64,000 bases of DNA from SAR86 cluster bacterium (lineage in GTDB: Bacteria; Pseudomonadota; Gammaproteobacteria; Magnimaribacterales; AG-339-G14). The notes below the pieces were generated by a model. It was given only the letters and a program-made list of their open reading frames with translations, had not been told where the DNA came from and did not search any database. The stretch spans positions 1,072,656 to 1,136,655 of the forward strand of contig CP097974.1 of assembly GCA_023703675.1 (NCBI GenBank), in the 5' to 3' direction. A program made the position numbers and the translations under genes. Shown piece after piece: positions 61,088 through 64,000 of this stretch (the first letter of the stretch is position 1; each line of letters starts with the position of its first letter).

Positions 61088-63216
61088 TTAATTCCCCCAT
61101 TATCAAAATTTACTTCTACTCTAGCATTAGAGCCATCCCCCTCATAATTGAGAATTACTCCTTCGCCAAAACTTTTATGCACCACTCTATCTCCAAGAGA
61201 AAACTTTCCTACGTTGTGATCTGTTCCGCCAACTATTCTTGGTTCAAATCCTTTACCTTTAATTTCTGTTTCTGTAGAAACTCTTATTTCATAAATTAAC
61301 TCTTCTGGAATTTCCTTGATGAATCTGGAAACAGGACTAAAACTGTCAATCCCATAAATATTTCGCGATTCCGCGTGAGTCAAATAAAGTCTTTCCATCG
61401 CTCTAGTCATTCCAACATAACAAAGCCTTCTTTCTTCGGCTAACTGTTTGGGGTCTTCTGCTGATCTTCTATGCGGAAACAAACCTTCCTCACAGCCTGC
61501 AATAAAAACTAAAGGAAATTCTAAGCCCTTAGATGAATGCAGGGTCATCATCTGAATAGCATCTTCATTTTCATTTGCCTGATTTTCGCCGGCGTCTAAA
61601 GAGGCTTGATCTAAAAAAAGCTCCAATAGGGACCTCTTATCGTTTTTGTCTTCGCCCAAAGAGAAAAATTCAGAAGTTGCAGAAATAAGCTCCTCTAAAT
61701 TTTCAACCCTTGATCTACCTTTCTCTCCTGGCTCTTTTCCATGAAATTCTTTAAGTCCACTCAGAGAAATTACATTTTCGAAAAACGTATCAAGGTTCTC
61801 ATTGAAATTCATCTCTTCTAGTTTTTCTATTACATCAAAGAAATTAGAAATATTTTGAGCAGCTTTAGTTTCTTTATTTGCGATGATTTGCTCAGATGCT
61901 TGCCACAGAGATAAATTATTTTTTTTAGCAAACTCTCTAATTTGATCCATTGTCTTAACTCCAATTCCTCTTGTCGGAGTATTTATTACTCTTTCAAATT
62001 GAGAATCATTATTTTTGTTTATTGCTAACTTTGCGTAGGCCAAAGCATTCTTAATTTCCATTCTCTCGTAAAAACGAACGCCTCCATAAATTCTATAAGG
62101 CAATTCTGAATTTAAAATAGCATCTTCTAATATTCTAGATTGCGCGTTGGACCTATAAATAATCGCTGTATCTGAGAGGCTTCCTCCCTCTTCAAGCCAT
62201 CTTTTAATTATCCCAACTATAAAGGAGGCCTCGTCTCTTTCGTTGAAAGCTCGGTAAACCTTTACCTGCTCACCTTCATCTTTTTGAGACCATAATTCCT
62301 TTCCTAATCTATCTGGGTTATTCCGTATCACTGAATTTGCGCATGCTAGGATATTTTTTGAGGATCTATAATTTTGCTCTAACTTAATTGTTTTGACTTC
62401 ATTAAAATCTTTGGTAAATCTTTTAATGTTTGTACTTTTTGCCCCACGCCAGCTATAAATAGATTGATCGTCATCGCCAACAACTGTCATACGACCATTT
62501 TTGCCAACAAGTTTTTTTAAAAGTAAATATTGAATTTCATTCGTGTCTTGAAATTCGTCAACTAAGATGTGCTGAAATCTAGCTTGATAATGTTTCAGTA
62601 ATTCTGAATTTTGGTCTAAAAGCTCAAAAGACCTTATTAAGATTTCGGCAAAATCTACTAATCCCTCTCGATCACATGTTTTTTGATATTCATCCATAAT
62701 ATCAACCATTTTTTCTTCTACAAAAGTTGCATTGATGTTCAATTTAGCTTTTCTTCTCCCTTCATCTTTTTGCTTGTTAATAAACCACTGAGTATCTCTT
62801 GGCTGCCAAGTATCTAAGTCCAGATTCATATTTTGAATAACGCGTTTTAAAACTCTTATTTGATCTTCACTATCGATAACTGAAAAATCTTTTACTAGAT
62901 TGGCTTCTTGCCAATGTATTTTTAACATTCTATGAAAAATTCCATGGAATGTTCCGCACCACATTTGGTTTAAATTTTCTTCAAGAATATTTTCTATTCT
63001 TCCTCGCATTTCTTTTGCTGCTTTGTTAGTGAACGTTACGGTTAACAGTGACAAAGGATTTACCCCTTTGACTGATGAAAGCCAAGCAACTTTATGAGTT
63101 ATAACTTTTGTCTTTCCTGAGCCAGCTCCTGCTAGGATTAATGAATGATGAGATTCATCAGTTACAGCTTCCCTTTGTATTGGGTTTAATTCGTCTAAAA
63201 TATATGAAACGTCCAT
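61048..63216 (-). CDS. uvrD: DNA helicase II (UvrD/Rep superfamily 1)
   Basis: LNPIQREAV, AGAGSGKT (Walker A), VDEFQDTN, VGDDDQSIYSWRGA, and the C-terminal FSLGDRVVHKSFGEGVI...GIKWL tail typical of UvrD. Confidence 0.92.
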   Translation of the reverse strand: MDVSYILDELNPIQREAVTDESHHSLILAGAGSGKTKVITHKVAWLSSVKGVNPLSLLTVTFTNKAAKEMRGRIENILEENLNQMWCGTFHGIFHRMLKIHWQEANLVKDFSVIDSEDQIRVLKRVIQNMNLDLDTWQPRDTQWFINKQKDEGRRKAKLNINATFVEEKMVDIMDEYQKTCDREGLVDFAEILIRSFELLDQNSELLKHYQARFQHILVDEFQDTNEIQYLLLKKLVGKNGRMTVVGDDDQSIYSWRGAKSTNIKRFTKDFNEVKTIKLEQNYRSSKNILACANSVIRNNPDRLGKELWSQKDEGEQVKVYRAFNERDEASFIVGIIKRWLEEGGSLSDTAIIYRSNAQSRILEDAILNSELPYRIYGGVRFYERMEIKNALAYAKLAINKNNDSQFERVINTPTRGIGVKTMDQIREFAKKNNLSLWQASEQIIANKETKAAQNISNFFDVIEKLEEMNFNENLDTFFENVISLSGLKEFHGKEPGEKGRSRVENLEELISATSEFFSLGEDKNDKRSLLELFLDQASLDAGENQANENEDAIQMMTLHSSKGLEFPLVFIAGCEEGLFPHRRSAEDPKQLAEERRLCYVGMTRAMERLYLTHAESRNIYGIDSFSPVSRFIKEIPEELIYEIRVSTETEIKGKGFEPRIVGGTDHNVGKFSLGDRVVHKSFGEGVILNYEGDGSNARVEVNFDNGGIKWLVLSFANLEKL

Positions 63217-63243
63217 AATTAATAGTTTAATGAGAAATAATAT

Positions 63244-63825
63244 ATGAATTCAGAGCTAGATTTTTATAATTCCTTAGAACTTTCTTTGAAGTACTCTGAG
63301 AGTTTGCTTGAAGATGCAGTTGATAATGCAAAGTCAATTTTTCATACCCCCACGCTTTGTATTTCTGATTCGCCGAGGACTGTAGTCTTGAGAGAATATG
63401 ATAAAGAAAATAGATTGCTTAGATTTCATACGGATCTTAGATCTAAAAAGATTAAATCAGCAGAAGATCAGTCCAAAGCATATGTTCATTCATATGATTC
63501 AGAAAAAAAAATTCAGCTTCGGTTAACGGGATCAGTTACTGTTTATGAAGATGACGAAATTACTAGAAAAGCTTGGGAAAATTCTCGGGAAAATTCTAAG
63601 CTATGCTATTCAGTGAAAGGGCCTCCAGGTGATTCCATATTAGATCCTTCTAAATATGACTTAAATAGAAATGACATAGATATTGAGAAAGGATATAAAA
63701 ATTTTGCGGTGATATTATTTGAATACCATGAGCTAGAGTTTTTATTCCTTAAAAATATAGGACATAGAAGAAGTAAATTTTCTTGGAAAAATGGGAATAG
63801 AATAGAAGAGTGGTTAATCCCCTAA
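63244..63825 (+). CDS. Pyridoxamine 5'-phosphate oxidase-like FMN-binding protein
   Basis: 193 aa. RTVVLREYDKENRLLRFHTDLRSKK and QLRLTGSVTVYEDDEITRKAW resemble the split-barrel PNPOx family. Tentative. Confidence 0.55.
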   Translation: MNSELDFYNSLELSLKYSESLLEDAVDNAKSIFHTPTLCISDSPRTVVLREYDKENRLLRFHTDLRSKKIKSAEDQSKAYVHSYDSEKKIQLRLTGSVTVYEDDEITRKAWENSRENSKLCYSVKGPPGDSILDPSKYDLNRNDIDIEKGYKNFAVILFEYHELEFLFLKNIGHRRSKFSWKNGNRIEEWLIP

Positions 63826-64000
63826 TTTTCTGCACTGAATAGATTTATCAAAACAACCCCAATAATCACAAAAATCATTCCAACTGAAGTTAGTAAATTT
63901 GGCAATTGTAAGTATTTAATTGAAGCTAAAAAAGTAATCAAAAAAATTCCTACCCCTGACCACGTAGCATAAGCAACTCCAACTGGAATTTCGTCTAGAG
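63822..64000 (-). CDS. Small multidrug resistance (SMR; EmrE/SugE-like) protein, 3' fragment (5' end outside window)
   Basis: The minus-strand frame is open from the window edge to TAG (63824-63822). The translation LDEIPVGVAYATWSGVGIFLITFLASIKYLQLPNLLTSVGMIFVIIGVVLINLFSAEN parallels EmrE (LPTGIAYAIWSGVGIVLIS...). Confidence 0.75.
   Translation of the reverse strand, partial: LDEIPVGVAYATWSGVGIFLITFLASIKYLQLPNLLTSVGMIFVIIGVVLINLFSAEN

Noticed and set aside
1-64000. CRISPR arrays, insertion sequences, integrons, prophage or known defence-system genes.
   Set aside because: There is no regularly spaced repeat array. No transposase, integrase, recombinase or phage structural ORFs appear in the six-frame track. 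The only helicase (UvrD) and AAA-type ATPase (ZapE) have housekeeping signatures and contexts.

Overview
This is a 64-kb, AT-rich window (about one-third G+C by eye, not computed) with very dense coding. It looks like a streamlined marine gammaproteobacterium. The evidence is gamma-type synteny (lgt-thyA-folA, yggS-proC-yggT, metX-metW-rdgB, rpoH-thiSG-trmB), two TonB-dependent receptors, a Vibrio TonB2-type energiser cluster and many redox/detoxification enzymes. A SAR86-like origin is inference only. I can support about 72 CDS (two truncated at the window edges), one tRNA-Phe(GAA), two tRNA-Phe-derived fragments, one clear bidirectional terminator and a few candidate operators. I saw no rRNA, CRISPR array, transposase, integrase or phage genes. 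Many genes overlap by 1-8 nt (ATGA/TTGA/TGATG junctions), and some convergent genes share stop-codon bases. The most unusual stretch is 4.7-10.3 kb. An intact tRNA-Phe is followed by two further direct copies of parts of itself, which split about 5.5 kb into two integrase-less islets. Islet A is a four-gene metal module: a small OM barrel, a His-rich periplasmic HMA protein, a MerT/MerC-like CC-motif membrane protein and a CsoR-type repressor. It is preceded by a GC-tract inverted repeat that overlaps the first start codon. It has no P-type ATPase, reductase or MerR. Islet B is a translationally coupled plcP-like / agt-like / ugd operon, which fits phosphate-sparing glucuronosyl-diacylglycerol lipid renovation. 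Other points of interest: a Gfo/Idh/MocA-aldo/keto reductase fusion; a membrane-anchored Cys-type sulfatase coupled to a DedA protein and framed by two TBDRs; a ZapE/AFG1 ATPase whose Walker A lies upstream of the first canonical start codon; an SDR lacking the YxxxK dyad; and a split TRAP transporter locus. Several ORF-track starts look too long and have been trimmed. All functional calls come from motif recognition by eye; no database search was run.
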